Position numbers and translations under genes: made by a program. The notes below the pieces were generated by a model that did not search any database, had not been told where the DNA came from, and saw only the letters and a list, made by a program, of their open reading frames with translations. Shown here one piece after another: positions 17,950-36,480 of a DNA stretch of 64,000 nt; the stretch's first letter is position 1; every line of letters begins with the position of its first letter. The stretch comes from Eledone cirrhosa (Eukaryota): contig OZ024757.1 of the NCBI GenBank assembly GCA_964016885.1, positions 31,372,001 to 31,436,000 of the forward strand, in the 5' to 3' direction.

Positions 17950-18262
17950 GGGAGTGAAATGCTCACATTTGTTGTCACAACACTTTTCTAAGAGAGGGAA
18001 ACTGAAAAAAAACCTGCGGCGTCGGAAGCATCCGATGATGTTGACCAGTTCTTCTTTTTGGGTTGTGTTTTTGATGCTCAGAGAGTGGGATTGGTCAAGT
18101 GCAAGACCTTTCCCCACTTTAGAAAAAAACCTTCAAAGCACAGGCATTGCTTGTTCAGGATATGTTACGGGTTCGTGTGGCTGGCCGTAGCCTAAAAGTG
18201 CACTAAACTCTATAATCTGACAAGCGATTACAATATTCTTAGCAGAGTTTGCAGCCATCATG
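17666..18262 (+). mobile_element. RTE-like element remnants (5'UTR-like 17666-17857; 3' tail 18215-18262)
   Basis: Tail AATCTGACAAGCGATT..TTTGCAGCCATCAT is the reverse complement of 27031-27078. Confidence 0.55.
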
Positions 18263-18277
18263 TATATATGCATGTAC

Positions 18278-18308
<31 letters not shown>

Positions 18309-18616
18309 GTGTATAGTGTCATTTATGCCGCTGTTGTTTTTGCTGTTGTTGCAGTTGTTGTTGTCGCTGCTGTTGTTGTCACTGTTGTTGCAGTTGTTAC
18401 TAATATTGTCATTGTTGTTGTTGTTGTTTTTTATTGACCTTGAAATCATGAAAGGCAAAGTTGACCTCGGACCAGTGTCATGTAAAGTCCATCTCAACGG
18501 CCAGTGACCCTGGAGTTCTGTGTCTTTCGTTTGTATTTTTATTTTCAAAAAATAATTTTTTAAGGTTTCCTCTTTAAAAAAATTGTTTTTCGTTTTGCCT
18601 TGCTTGCTTTCGTTCG

Positions 18617-18665
<49 letters not shown>

Positions 18666-18750
18666 CCGAGTTCAATTAGGGGTAACACAGTAAGTAAAGT
18701 ACTCAATACATAGTAGAGTATATGATGTTTAATATAGAAAAGCCCAAGAC

Positions 18751-18797
18751 TTTCCTGATGATTTCCTTCGAATGAAACAGTTCTAGTCTTGTAGAAG
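18751..18797 (+). ncRNA. Hammerhead motif, same family as 41035
   Basis: TTTC-CTGATGA-T.TTC(CTTC)GAA.T-GAAA-CAG(TTCTAGTC)TTG-TA-GAAG. The stem II loop differs from the 41035 copy while the stems are kept. Confidence 0.65.
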
Positions 18798-18871
18798 CCG
18801 TTTCTCTCTCCCCCCCCCCTCTATCTCTCTCTCCCCGTCCGTCCCTTCAATCTATCTTATTTCTTATTCTT

Positions 18872-18907
18872 TCTTCTGATGAAGGACTAGCGACCGAAAC
18901 GTTAAGA
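18872..18907 (+). ncRNA. Minimal (Penelope-type) hammerhead motif
   Basis: TCTT-CTGATGA-A-GG(ACTAGCGA)CC-GAAA-CG-TT-AAGA. Stem I TCTT/AAGA and palindromic ACGT stem III, typical of dimer-acting PLE hammerheads. Confidence 0.65.
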
Positions 18908-18988
18908 CCCTCTTCCTGCTATATCAAGCGTTACCCTAATATATCCCTTCCATATACTGTACCGATTGTGTTGTTATTTCTATTTACC

Positions 18989-19049
<61 letters not shown>

Positions 19050-19254
19050 TGTGTAGAGAGAGGGGGCGGGGTAAATAGAGTGATAGATAGATGGGCAGGT
19101 ATATATATATATATTTATAGTGAGAGACAGTTAGAGGGATAGATCGATAGGGGTTGAGAAATCATATTGAATTACCATTCCATCTCCAAAGACGCCATTG
19201 CTTCTCTCGAAGACTGCTCTTAGCTTTAAAATTATATTTTCATTTCTTACTCTT

Positions 19255-19332
19255 TATACACACTCCCAAACACACACACACACACACTCCCAAACACACA
19301 CACACACACACTCCCAAACACACACACACACT

Positions 19333-19401
<69 letters not shown>

Positions 19402-20081
19402 GTATATACACGTGTGTATTTATGTATGTATATATATGAATATATGTATATCTATGTGTGTGTGTGTATATATATATGTCTGTGTATTTATGTATGTGTG
19501 TGTGTGTGTGTGTGTAGTATTATTTATGTTTTGTTAAAATTAAAGTTGTTGTTTTTGCTGCAGTTGCTGCTGCTGTTGTTGTTGTTGTTGCTGTTGTTGT
19601 TGTTGTTACTGTTGTTGTTACTGCTGTTGTTGCTGTTGTTGTCGCTGTTGTTGTTGTTACTGTTGCTGCTGCTGTTGTTGTTGTTCTTCTTCTTACTGCT
19701 GTTGTTGTCGCTGTTGTTGTCAATGTTGTTGTTGTTGTTGCTGTTGTTGTCACTGTTGTTGTTACTGCTGTTGTTGTTGCTGTTGTTGTTGTTACTCTTG
19801 TTGTTGTTGTTGTTACTGTTGTTGTTGTTGTGACTGTTGTTGCCACTGTTGTTGTTACTGTTGATGTTGTTGTTGTTGCCACTGTTGTTGTTACTGTTGT
19901 TGTTGTTGTTGTTGTGACTGTTGTCACTGTTGTTGTTACTGTTGTTGTTGTTGTTGTTGTGACTGTTGTTGTTGTTACTGCTGTTATTGTCACTGTTGTT
20001 GATGTTACTGTTGTTGTAGTTGTCACTGTTGTTGTTGCTGTTGTTTTAACTGTTGTTGTAGTTGTTATTGTTGTTATTGCT

Positions 20082-20114
<33 letters not shown>

Positions 20115-20249
20115 ATTGTTGTATTAGTAGTTGTTGCTGTTGTAACTGTTGATGTCGGCTGAATTTATTCAATTATACGATATTGTCACATTTTCTCTTA
20201 TTTTCATTTTTTTTCATTTTTGAAATTTTCTTAAAAATAATTCCACAAG

Positions 20250-20305
<56 letters not shown>

Positions 20306-20874
20306 GTGTGTCTGTGTGTATACAAATAAACACATGCAAGCTCGCACGCATGTGTGTGTATGTATGTATGTATGTATATATATATAAGTATTTATATATA
20401 TATATACATATACACACACACATATATATATGTATATATATACATATATATAAGTATGTATATATATACATATATATAGATGTATGTATATATATATATG
20501 TCTATACATATATATAAATAAATATGTATATATATACATATATATATGTATATATATATATATATATATACATACATATACACACACACAGGTGTATGTG
20601 TATGCATTCTCTGGTTTTCATCTTTTTAAGAAAATATAAATATATATACACGTATATACATATTTATTTGACATCCTTCAGGCTTGTCTGCACATATCTA
20701 TTGAAAATATCTCTATCAAACTATAAACATATATACTATAGGCATGTAATCAGCGAGTCTGTTTGTGTGTAAATATGTGTGTGTGTTTGTGTTTAAATAT
20801 GTGTGTGTTTGTCAGTATATGTATTTTAAGCTTGTAATATACGTGTATATATAAACGTATATGTGTTATATATA

Positions 20875-20946
<72 letters not shown>

Positions 20947-21024
20947 TTATAAGCCTGTAATATATATATATACGTATGTGTGTGTGTGTATGAATATGTG
21001 CATTATAAACATGTTATATATATT

Positions 21025-21075
<51 letters not shown>
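19255..21075. repeat. (CA)n, (TTG)n, (TA)n tracts
   Basis: Seen directly. Confidence 0.9.
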
Positions 21076-21077
<2 letters not shown>

Positions 21078-21078
21078 T

Positions 21079-21139
21079 GGGTCGTCAAGTATGAAGTTTG
21101 TGAAACAAAAAATTTCTACAAATTCCATATTTGACGACC

Positions 21140-21140
<1 letters not shown>
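21079..21140. mobile_element. 62-bp palindromic mini-MITE; second copy 39052-39113
   Basis: GGGTCGTCAAGTATG ... CATATTTGACGACCC. Confidence 0.6.
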
Positions 21141-21173
<33 letters not shown>

Positions 21174-21778
21174 ATGCATATTGTACGCTTGTAATCAATG
21201 TGTGTGTGTGCGCGTGCGTGAGTAAATGTGTATTTTACCACTGTAGTCAATATATTCGTGTGTGTAGGGGAAGAGAGGGAGGGGGGGAGAGGGGGAGGAT
21301 ATATGTACAGAGAATGAGATAGGTGTGTAGGTAGATAGATAGATATGTTTCTTTATGAGCCACAGGGGCACAAAAGAAGGGGACAAATACAAAGTGGGAA
21401 GTTTACATACAATAAAAACGGGTAAAATACTATCACAAATGCAATTGAAAAATTAATCGATTTTCCCCAATAGGGGGAAACCTTACATATGGGTAACACA
21501 TACCCCCGAAAAAATGTGCAACCCTCATCTCCAGGAGTACGAAGAGTGAGTACCCCCTTCCTCTCTTCCTCTTTTTCCTCAACCTACAGGCTGATATAGA
21601 GAGAAGGCCCATTCACTCGGGCCATTCTCGCCACTTTCACCCACCTTTCATAAAACTTGCTGGGGTGGAGCACCTCTCTCTCCATCCTGATTCTTCTTCC
21701 AAAGTGGTATTTGATAAAAGAATCAGTTGGTAGATAGATAGATAGATAGGTAGGTAGGTAGATAGGTTAATAGGTAGG

Positions 21779-21873
<95 letters not shown>

Positions 21874-22186
21874 ATATATATCTTTCTAGATAGATAGGTA
21901 GTGTAGATAGATAGATAGGCAGGTAGATAAATAGTGAGAGAGGGGGAAGGGAGTGAGAGATTTGAAACTGCACAAACACATTTATTTATTTATTTATTTA
22001 TTTATTTTAAAGATAAAACAAAAACAAATCAACAGATACACAAACCAATAAACAAACCACCAACAAACATGAAACAGTGAAAAATTCGACGTCAGTTTCC
22101 ATAAATATCTCATCTCAGTTACAGTTTAAAAGATTTTTCGGCGACATTGATATTACTACGTGAAGGAGTGTGGCTTAATACTTAGA

Positions 22187-22505
22187 GCAGCGTTTCTCAA
22201 CCGGTGATCTCCCCCTGGAACCGTAGCATTCCGCGAGAGGTCGCTAGTGCTTCTATGAGGAACTATGATAAATAAGCTAATGAAGTTGTTATAAGGTAAC
22301 AAGCAAAGGCAAGTGGTTATAAGCCAACTAGCTGAGGCAAGTGGTTATAAGCCAACTAGCTGAGGCTGGTTTTAAGCCAACTAGCTGAGGCAAGGGGCTA
22401 TAAGCCAGCAATCTAAGGCAGTAGTTCCCTAAGTGGGTTCCATGGAACTCAAGGGTTCAGCAAAGGATTGTCTGGAGTTCTGTGGAAAAAAAAGGTAGAG
22501 GAGTA
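22187..22505. mobile_element. Degenerate hAT-like MITE with internal short tandem repeats
   Basis: Starts CAGCGTTTCTCAACC; TAAGCCAACTAGCTGAGGC occurs 3-4 times at 22310-22420. Confidence 0.5.
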
Positions 22506-22804
22506 TATTTATATTACGACCATATAACAAAAAATGGTTTTAGATAAAAATAACATGTCAATTCATGTTGCCATCTCTTGGAATATATATATATATATAT
22601 ATATATATACACGTACATCCATGATAAGACTGGGGTCCCTATCATCAACACACTCAAGAAACCTTATGAGATACAATATAGTGGGCCAAATAAACCTACA
22701 TAAATTTCATTTCAATTTTTCACCTAGTCGTCCCTTCACTAAACACTTTCCCAATCCTTCCACTTTAAATTTACAAACCCATTCAACTCCTCTATTGTAT
22801 ACAC

Positions 22805-23031
22805 CAGGCATGTCAAACTGGGGGTCTCCCGAGGTCCACATGGGTCACATGGGTCACACGTGTTGTCTGAGGGCCACACACGACAACTAATTGTTCACAT
22901 TACAACTAATTTTTTTAAATTTTATATTACGAAGATAAAACATGCTCGCCCTGTAAAAACCTTTGTGCGGGCCTTAGATGTGGTTGTAAAGGACAGCATG
23001 CGGCCAGGGTGCCGCATGTTTGACATACCCG
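22805..23031. mobile_element. hAT (Charlie-like) MITE; truncated copy at 41988-42180
   Basis: TIRs CAGGCATGTCAAAC / GTTTGACATACCCG, with 8-bp TSD-like GTATACAC / GTGTAAAC. Confidence 0.8.
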
Positions 23032-23214
23032 GTGTAAACCATTTGCAATGCAATTAGTGTTTGACGTGCAGGTCTAAGGCATAGTTTCAGTTTGGGACCG
23101 TGGATGTTAATTTGGCGGCCATTGTTAGAATCTTAAATATGGCCGTTCATCTTTCTGATTCTTATAAAGAAACATTGCAATCAGTGGTCCATTTTCTGAA
23201 AGCTAAACGATGAT

Positions 23215-23357
23215 GTTTGTACGTGTTGTTGGTGTTGTTGTTGTGTGTGTTGTTGTTGTTGTTGTTGTTGTTGCGGTGGTGGTGTATGTGTGTGTACCTA
23301 CCTACATACATATATAAACACACACATATATATATTCATACATATAAATATGTATAT

Positions 23358-23416
<59 letters not shown>

Positions 23417-23468
23417 TACATACATAAATATGTGTGTCTGTGTATGTAATTTGTGTACAAAAGAAATG

Positions 23469-23504
<36 letters not shown>

Positions 23505-23609
23505 GTGTGTGTGTGTGTATGTATTTATATAGATATGTAAATATCTATCTATATATACGTGTGTGTGCGCACACGGACGTTATATCTTATATATACATCT
23601 ATATATATG

Positions 23610-23640
<31 letters not shown>

Positions 23641-23772
23641 TATATGTATATATATATATTTATATGTATGTATATATGTATATATATGTATATATATATA
23701 TATGTATATATATATATTTATATATATGTATATATATATATTTATATGTATATATATATATGTATATATATG

Positions 23773-23805
<33 letters not shown>

Positions 23806-23892
23806 TTATATGTATGTATATATATATATTTATATGTATGTATATATATATATTTATATGTATGTATATATATATATATATTTATATATATG

Positions 23893-23930
<38 letters not shown>

Positions 23931-23966
23931 TATATATATTTATATATATTTATATATATTTATATT

Positions 23967-24012
<46 letters not shown>

Positions 24013-24608
24013 GATATAACGACCGTGTTCACACACACATGTATATATAGATAAATATTTACATATCTATATAAATACATACACACACACAAACACACAC
24101 ACACATATATATATATATATCCATTCATATGTTGCATGATAAGTAAATGAAATGTTATAGATATGAGATATTATGGCGAAAAACGAGTTTTCGACTAATA
24201 ATCTTATTTGTATATCTCCTCCTTACTGCCACACTCTCTCTCTCTCTCTCTCTCCCCCTCTCTTTCTATCTCTCTCTCTCTCTCCCCCTCTCTTTCTATC
24301 TGTCTCTAGACACCGACTCTCTATATCTGTCTTTTGCACACACACACACACACAGAGATTCACACACATACACAGAGACACACGCACACGCAGAAACACA
24401 CAGATACACACACAGAAACGCATACACAGACACAGACATACACACAGAGAAACACACACACACTCACAGAAAGACACACACACACACTCACACACACACA
24501 GACTCACACACAGAAAGACACACACATACACACACACACACACACTCACTCACGCACACACACACACACTCAGACTCACGGACACACGCGCACACACGCA
24601 CACACACA

Positions 24609-24688
<80 letters not shown>

Positions 24689-24720
24689 TACACGTACACA
24701 CACACGTACACACACAGAGT
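23215..24720. repeat. (TA)n, (CT)n, (CA)n tracts
   Basis: Seen directly. Confidence 0.9.
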
Positions 24721-25036
24721 AAGAGAAAGAGAGAACGTTGAAACGTTGACAGAAAGGTTTCATTAGAAAATAATAGGTTACATCTTAGCGTCTCTCAGAT
24801 CTCAAGTGTTTCTACAGTGCCTCCTTGACCAGTTCAAGAGGAGCAAATGGCAAAATGGAAGATAATTAAAGCGAATACATTACAACATGATACATTAAAG
24901 AATACTTTCGGGTCTAATCATTGAAGATGACCATATAGGAAAAGATCGATAAATTATTTTACCTAAATAAGAGATGATAGATAAGATGGCTTCTAGGTGC
25001 TTCTTGGTCAACCAAACACCATATATAATATATGTA

Positions 25037-25067
<31 letters not shown>

Positions 25068-25068
<1 letters not shown>

Positions 25069-25226
25069 AGGCGGGTAAAATTCCCGAGATCCATGGACGA
25101 GTTCTCTCCAGCGGTCTCTGTCCCTCATTATCGCTGCCATGTCCTGCGTCTCCAACAGACCAGTGTCTGTCCTTAGGGCATCAACATACGTTAACCTTGG
25201 TCTTCCTCTTCTAGTGTGTCCATGTA
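25068..25226 (-). mobile_element. RTE-type LINE 3' end
   Basis: LHGHTRRGRPRLTYVDALRTDTGLLETQDMAAIMRDRDRWRELV. Confidence 0.8.
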
Positions 25227-25440
25227 AAGATTTACATATACACAAATTAGACAAAGTCATAGATATATAGATATATATATGTTTTTGGCAACCATTCACG
25301 ATGTGGCTCAAGGATGAATTAATTAATTAAATAATCAGAGCAATATACTATAAAGTATATATAAAGTATATATATATCTAACGTTGCCAAAAACATATAT
25401 ATATACGACTTTGTCTAGTTTGTGTATATGTAAATCTTTA
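25225..25440. repeat. Inverted repeat upstream of the 25.6-kb hammerhead
   Basis: 25225-25292 is the reverse complement of 25383-25440, apart from the length of an internal TA run. Confidence 0.7.
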
Positions 25441-25629
25441 TATGTGATAATCTCCCATAAGGTTGAGATGCAATTTAGGCAATATTAGGCTGCGCTTTCT
25501 AGCAACCAGCCCACTCGCCGTAAGGCACCAATCACATTATTTCTGACTTGACCACTGCCACGTCACAGTTCTTAGCCATTTTGAATTCGTTTCTGGCGGG
25601 AATCATTTAAGAAAAATCCAAGTGAGTTT

Positions 25630-25710
25630 GTTTCCTGATGATTTCGAAGCTCGAGAATTTATCCTTGATCAGATATTTCCAAAAGCGAATGAAACCCCAG
25701 GGGTAGAAAC
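25630..25710 (+). ncRNA. Type I hammerhead ribozyme motif with long stem II insertion
   Basis: GTTTC-CTGATGA-T.TTCG[~39 nt]CGAA.T-GAAA-CCC(CAG)GGG-TA-GAAAC. Stem I GTTTC/GAAAC, stem III ACCC/GGGT, GUA triplet. Confidence 0.75.
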
Positions 25711-26027
25711 GTAATCCGGGTATGTGTATATCCATTTTTTCTTCTAACTTTAATTTTATACCTAATTGTGTATGGTTGACGATATATTTAATCGATTTCC
25801 ACGTGCTATTGAAATGCTGGGTAAATATTCTATAGCTGTTGATCGCGAATAGATGAGTGTCGTTTATTTATCTATTGTTTCTTCATAGGTGCCTTTTAAT
25901 CTTATAGCCTGGTTTAACTGTTTTTTTTTTGTGTGGTTGATTATGCTGATTGAGAGAGGAAATGGTGTATATATCTTATCAAATGATTCTATGGACATAC
26001 TTTATAGTATATATATATATATATATT

Positions 26028-26206
26028 TATGATACAAAGCTCCTATACAGTCTGCTCAGGGAGGTGTATGGTCCGACCGGTTCATAAATATCACCACTTC
26101 GCTCCGGAGACGGCAAGGAATTGCTCAGAGATCCGAAGGAAATCCTGATCAGGTGGCATGACCACTTTGATGAGCTTCTCAACAGACCATCAGAAATTGA
26201 TAATGC
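26028..26206 (+). mobile_element. RTE LINE ORF fragment (EN-RT linker)
   Basis: [49 protein letters not shown]. Confidence 0.75.
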
Positions 26207-26270
26207 ATATATATAGATACACGCATATCTATATATATATATAGAGAGAGAGAGATACACAAATAAATAA

Positions 26271-26354
<84 letters not shown>

Positions 26355-26412
26355 ATATATATAGATACACGCATATCTATATATATATATATAGAGAGAG
26401 ATACACAAATAA

Positions 26413-26701
<289 letters not shown>

Positions 26702-26715
26702 GTATACATATATAC

Positions 26716-26749
<34 letters not shown>

Positions 26750-26775
26750 GTATACATATATACATATATATATAG

Positions 26776-26822
<47 letters not shown>

Positions 26823-26852
26823 TACATATATACATATATATATAGATACATA

Positions 26853-26906
<54 letters not shown>

Positions 26907-27030
26907 GATACACACACATATATATATATAGATACATATATATATATATATATATATAGATACATATATATATATATATATATAGATACATATATATATA
27001 TATATAGATAGATACATATATTATATATAT

Positions 27031-27712
27031 ATGATGGCTGCAAAGTCTGCCAAGAGTATTGCAATCGCTTGTCAGATTCAGATGTGTGACGCTCGGATAT
27101 GGCTTTTCAATCCTGCTAGAGACTTACACTCCTTCACACACTGACGACAACTATGGATCTCCCTTGCTTGAGGTCCAGCATCAGGTTGCCCGTGAACCCT
27201 CGCGACACTGTGGAGATCATAGTTCACTTTCACTGGTTCTCTTTGAACATGGCTGCGACTGTGGCTCCTGAGACCAGATTTGCTCAAGCAAAGTTTTCCA
27301 CACTCGGGGCACTTCAATTCAATGGAGACACCGATCGTTTCGAGAGATACACCAGAGCATTGCTTACGCACATCTCGTTTGATCTTCCCGTGCTCTATGC
27401 GTCTGTCCTCAAAATTATGGACCCATCACTCACCATTCCACGCCAAGTTTCTCTTTCAAGAGTTTCTATCTCCCAGTCAGCCATCATGAAACCAGTTTTT
27501 TTCAATGAGTCCTTTACACAATCCTTGAATCGGAGCCTTGACTTGCGAGGTGGCCCCTTACCCTCACAAAGCTCGCCATACAAGAGTTGTTTTGGGATTC
27601 GATCATCCTCCATTCTGCAGGGGTGTCCGGTCCAACGCAAACGCCGTTGGTGGATGATACTCTCAATGCTCCGACACTCACTTCTCTCAAGGACCTCAAC
27701 ATCACTCACATA
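27031..27712 (-). mobile_element. RTE LINE 3' portion with two C2H2 zinc fingers
   Basis: [24 protein letters not shown]...RFKD.VK; CPECGKLCLSKSGLRSHSRSH; [22 protein letters not shown]. Contains an internal stop. Confidence 0.9.
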
Positions 27713-27714
27713 CA

Positions 27715-30340
<2,626 letters not shown>

Positions 30341-30617
30341 GCTATCTGCCATATATTGTGAATTTGATACATACAGAGATGTTTGTTGTATGCTAGGAGC
30401 TGTGAAGTAGATTCCCTCTAATGTCCATATACAGCTAGGCGAGATAAAAGCTAGAATAGAACAACAATACAACTCACACCTATGTAGGTTTAGTTGGCCC
30501 CTTCCAAAGTTATATGTCATTGGAGGTTTCTGGGGTTACAATCATATCACATATACATACATACGAGATTCGGCTGAAAAATTCAGTCTGACAACAATAT
30601 ATATATATATATATATA

Positions 30618-30820
30618 GTAATAATAATAATAAAATTGAAGACTAAAATCCAAAGAGGGTTCGATAAGGAAAATATATATCAAATATATAAGAACCGAAG
30701 AGCAAATATTTATTAAAATAACAGATTAAAGTTTAAGCAAAGAATCGCTGCTTTCACCCTTAACGGGATCTTCTGAAACTCGCGATTCTTTGCTTAAACT
30801 TTAATCTGTTATTTTAATAA

Positions 30821-30824
<4 letters not shown>
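30618..30824. mobile_element. (TA)n-inserted fold-back element, further family
   Basis: 43-bp perfect arms 30706-30748 and 30782-30824. The spacer on the minus strand reads GAAGA-T.CCC(GTTAA)GGG.T-GAAA, a broken hammerhead core. Related fragment at 44207-44270. Confidence 0.7.
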
Positions 30825-30875
<51 letters not shown>

Positions 30876-30877
<2 letters not shown>

Positions 30878-30990
30878 GGCGTGTGGCTGAGTGGTTAGAG
30901 AATTCGCAATCGTAAGGTTGTGAGTTCGATTCCTGGACCAGGCGATGCGTTATGTCCTTGAGCAAGACACCTTATTTCACGTTGCTCCTT
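30876..30990 (+). mobile_element. Different tRNA-derived SINE head
   Basis: TGGCTGAGTGG A-box, GAGTTCGATTCC B-box, GTCCTTGAGCAAGACAC motif. Confidence 0.75.
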
Positions 30991-31089
30991 CTACCTGGAG
31001 TTGCGACCGATAGATAGTATTAGCAATTGGAAAGACCAACGGAAACATTGTTCCCTCGGTCCGATTTGACGAAAGTCGATCGTTCCTTT

Positions 31090-31120
<31 letters not shown>

Positions 31121-31124
<4 letters not shown>

Positions 31125-31292
31125 ACTCAATACATAGCAGAGTATAAATATTTAATATAGAAATGGCTTCTACAGGACTAGAACTGCTTCATTCGGTTGT
31201 CTTGTAGAAGCCATTTCTATATTAAATAGTTATACTCTGCTATGTATAGAGTACCATACTTACTGTGGTTACTCCGATTGCAACCAGGATAA
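31121..31292. mobile_element. Fold-back copy of the 40.8-kb family, truncated inside the ribozyme
   Basis: Arms 31123-31178 and 31199-31254. Shares AGTACTCAATACATAGCAGAGTATA and GTCTTGTAGAAGCC with 18665-18805. Confidence 0.75.
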
Positions 31293-31333
<41 letters not shown>

Positions 31334-31689
31334 GGTCGGCTGAAAAGTTCATAGTCTGACCAAGATACTCTATGTATATATATAATATAATATATATATA
31401 TATAATATAATATATAAGGAAAAAATGAAACAAAATTTCATTTCTCACTCTTAGTACGGCTTAGTACGTATACATACTAATATAATATATATATAATATA
31501 TATATATATAATATATATATAATATAATATATATATATATAATATATATATATAATATAATATAATATATATATATAATATATATATATAATTGTAACAG
31601 CTCACACCTATCTAGCTTTAGCTGGCCCCTTTCAACATTATATGTCATTAGAGGATTCTGGGGTGTTTCTATGTTAGGGTTCCAATCAC

Positions 31690-33284
<1,595 letters not shown>

Positions 33285-33299
33285 CAATGTAATGAATAC

Positions 33300-33545
33300 T
33301 AGGAGGCACACTTAAAGACTATATATCACATAGCTGCAGTGGTGTATATGAGAGAATTATTTCAACAGAGACGAGATTATTCCATCTTCCCTATTGGAAT
33401 TGGAGAATTGGAATAAATCTTTGAAAGAAGTTCATTATTTTCCTTCTGATATGGAAGGAAGCCACTTAATACAGAGCGGCAGCTATACTGACTTCCATTG
33501 TCAGAGCTGGTTGGTATATGACTTGGTGTTCTAGTTGGACGTGTT
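33300..33545 (-). pseudogene. Possible degenerate LTR-retrotransposon integrase fragment (duplicated 36497-36742)
   Basis: PSHIPTSSDNGSQYS...PIPIGKME* resembles the P..I.SDNG.QF...SNG..ER integrase core; weak. Confidence 0.3.
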
Positions 33546-33556
33546 ATTATTGATTT

Positions 33557-33750
33557 GTGGATTGGCAGTATCGGTAGAGGGTTGGACGCCATGTTTTGAC
33601 GCATAGAGTTACTGCCATTGCTATTCTGAGTTCAAATCCCGCCGTGGTCAGCTTTGCCTTTCATCCTTACGGAGGTCGATAAAATAAAGTACCAGTAATG
33701 TACTGGGGTAATTGTTGCTGGCCTTGTGCCAAAAAGTAGAAACAATTATT
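33557..33750 (+). mobile_element. tRNA-derived SINE (duplicated at 36753-36948)
   Basis: Matches the consensus; lies inside the block duplicated across the gap. Confidence 0.9.
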
Positions 33751-34760
33751 GATTAATATAACTGGTGGTGGTGGTGGTGGTGGGGTAGAGACTGTGGTGA
33801 CTATTCGTGGTGTTGGTGACTATGATGGTGGTGGTGGTGACTGTGGTGACTATGGGTGGTGGTGGTGGTGACTGATGGTGGTGATTGTGGTGGTGGCTGT
33901 GGTGACTATGATGGTGGTGGTGGTGGTGACTGTGTTGACTTTGGGTGGTGTTGGTGGTGACTGGTGGTGGTGGTGGTGGTTATGATGGTGGTGTTGGTGC
34001 TGGTGACTGGTGGTGACTGTGGTGACTATGATGGTGGTGGTGGTGGTGATTGTAGAGGTTGCGGTGGTAGTGGTGTCGCTGTTGGGACAGGCATTTGTGG
34101 TAGTAGTGGTAGTAGTGGTAGTGGTGGTAGTAGTGGTAGTGGTGTAGTGGTGGTGGTGGTGAGGCGTTTGTCGTCTTATGCTGAGTAGTTAGCTTAACCC
34201 TATCGTTACTACGGTAACCATATTTCTAATGATAGACACGAACTAATAATTTTCAAATCATTTTGAAAATCATCAGAAATTTGAAGAAATCTAGAGATGA
34301 TATAACTACTATTAAGCTAATGTTTAGAACAGGTATGGGAAGCTCTTTTCCAGCAGTGGGCCGCTTAAGATATAGTCCATCATGATGTGGGCCGCATAAG
34401 ATGTAGTTCATCATGATGTGGGCCGCATAAGATGTGGCTCATAATTTGGGCCGCATAAGATGTGGTTCATCATGATGTGGGCCGCATAGATGTAGTTCAT
34501 CATGATGTGGGCCGCATAAGATGTGCTCATAATTTGGGCCGCATAAGATGTGGTTCATCATGATGTGGGCCGCATAAGATGTAGTTCATTATGATGTGGC
34601 CGCATAAGATGTAGGTCATCATAATTTGGGCCGCATAAGATGTGGCTCATCATAATTTGGGCCGCATAAGATGTGGTTCATCATGATGTGGGCCGCATAA
34701 GATGTAGTTCATTATGATGTGGGCCGCATAAGATGTAGGTCATCATAATTTGGGCCGCAT

Positions 34761-34960
34761 NNNNNNNNNNNNNNNNNNNNNNNNNNNNNNNNNNNNNNNN
34801 NNNNNNNNNNNNNNNNNNNNNNNNNNNNNNNNNNNNNNNNNNNNNNNNNNNNNNNNNNNNNNNNNNNNNNNNNNNNNNNNNNNNNNNNNNNNNNNNNNNN
34901 NNNNNNNNNNNNNNNNNNNNNNNNNNNNNNNNNNNNNNNNNNNNNNNNNNNNNNNNNNNN
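34761..34960. other. Assembly gap (200 N)
   Basis: Run of N. Confidence 1.
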
Positions 34961-35048
34961 CATATATATATACATATATATATATATATCATATATATGA
35001 TATACATATATTATATTATATACATATATATATATACATATATATATA

Positions 35049-35204
<156 letters not shown>

Positions 35205-35205
35205 C

Positions 35206-35870
<665 letters not shown>

Positions 35871-35871
35871 C

Positions 35872-35955
<84 letters not shown>

Positions 35956-35959
35956 TATA

Positions 35960-36050
<91 letters not shown>

Positions 36051-36072
36051 CATATTAATATACATATATATA

Positions 36073-36105
<33 letters not shown>

Positions 36106-36157
36106 CATATATATACATATATATACATATATATATATACATATACATATTATATAC

Positions 36158-36190
<33 letters not shown>

Positions 36191-36263
36191 CATATATATA
36201 TATACATATATATATATACATATATATATATACATATATATATATACATATATATATATACAC

Positions 36264-36294
<31 letters not shown>

Positions 36295-36311
36295 CATATA
36301 TATATATACAC

Positions 36312-36364
<53 letters not shown>

Positions 36365-36417
36365 TATATATACACATATATATATATACATATATATATA
36401 CATATATACATATACAC

Positions 36418-36480
<63 letters not shown>

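Noticed and set aside
30470-31670. Mariner-like relic fragments (30470-30595, 31330-31370, 31600-31670)
   Set aside because: Short repeated pieces with TIR-like CGGCTGAAAA(G/A)TTCA, but too fragmentary to delimit confidently.
33369-33513. Possible + strand exon (DEIIPSSLLELENW...) and a tyrosinase-like FHLPYWNW motif in another frame
   Set aside because: The donor is weak, the motif frame stops 6 codons later, and exons A and B join without it. An integrase relic on the minus strand is at least as plausible.
34360-34760. Regularly spaced GGGCCGCATAAGATGT units resembling a CRISPR array
   Set aside because: The spacers are short and repeated rather than unique, the array lies inside a hAT MITE, the context is eukaryotic and there are no cas genes.
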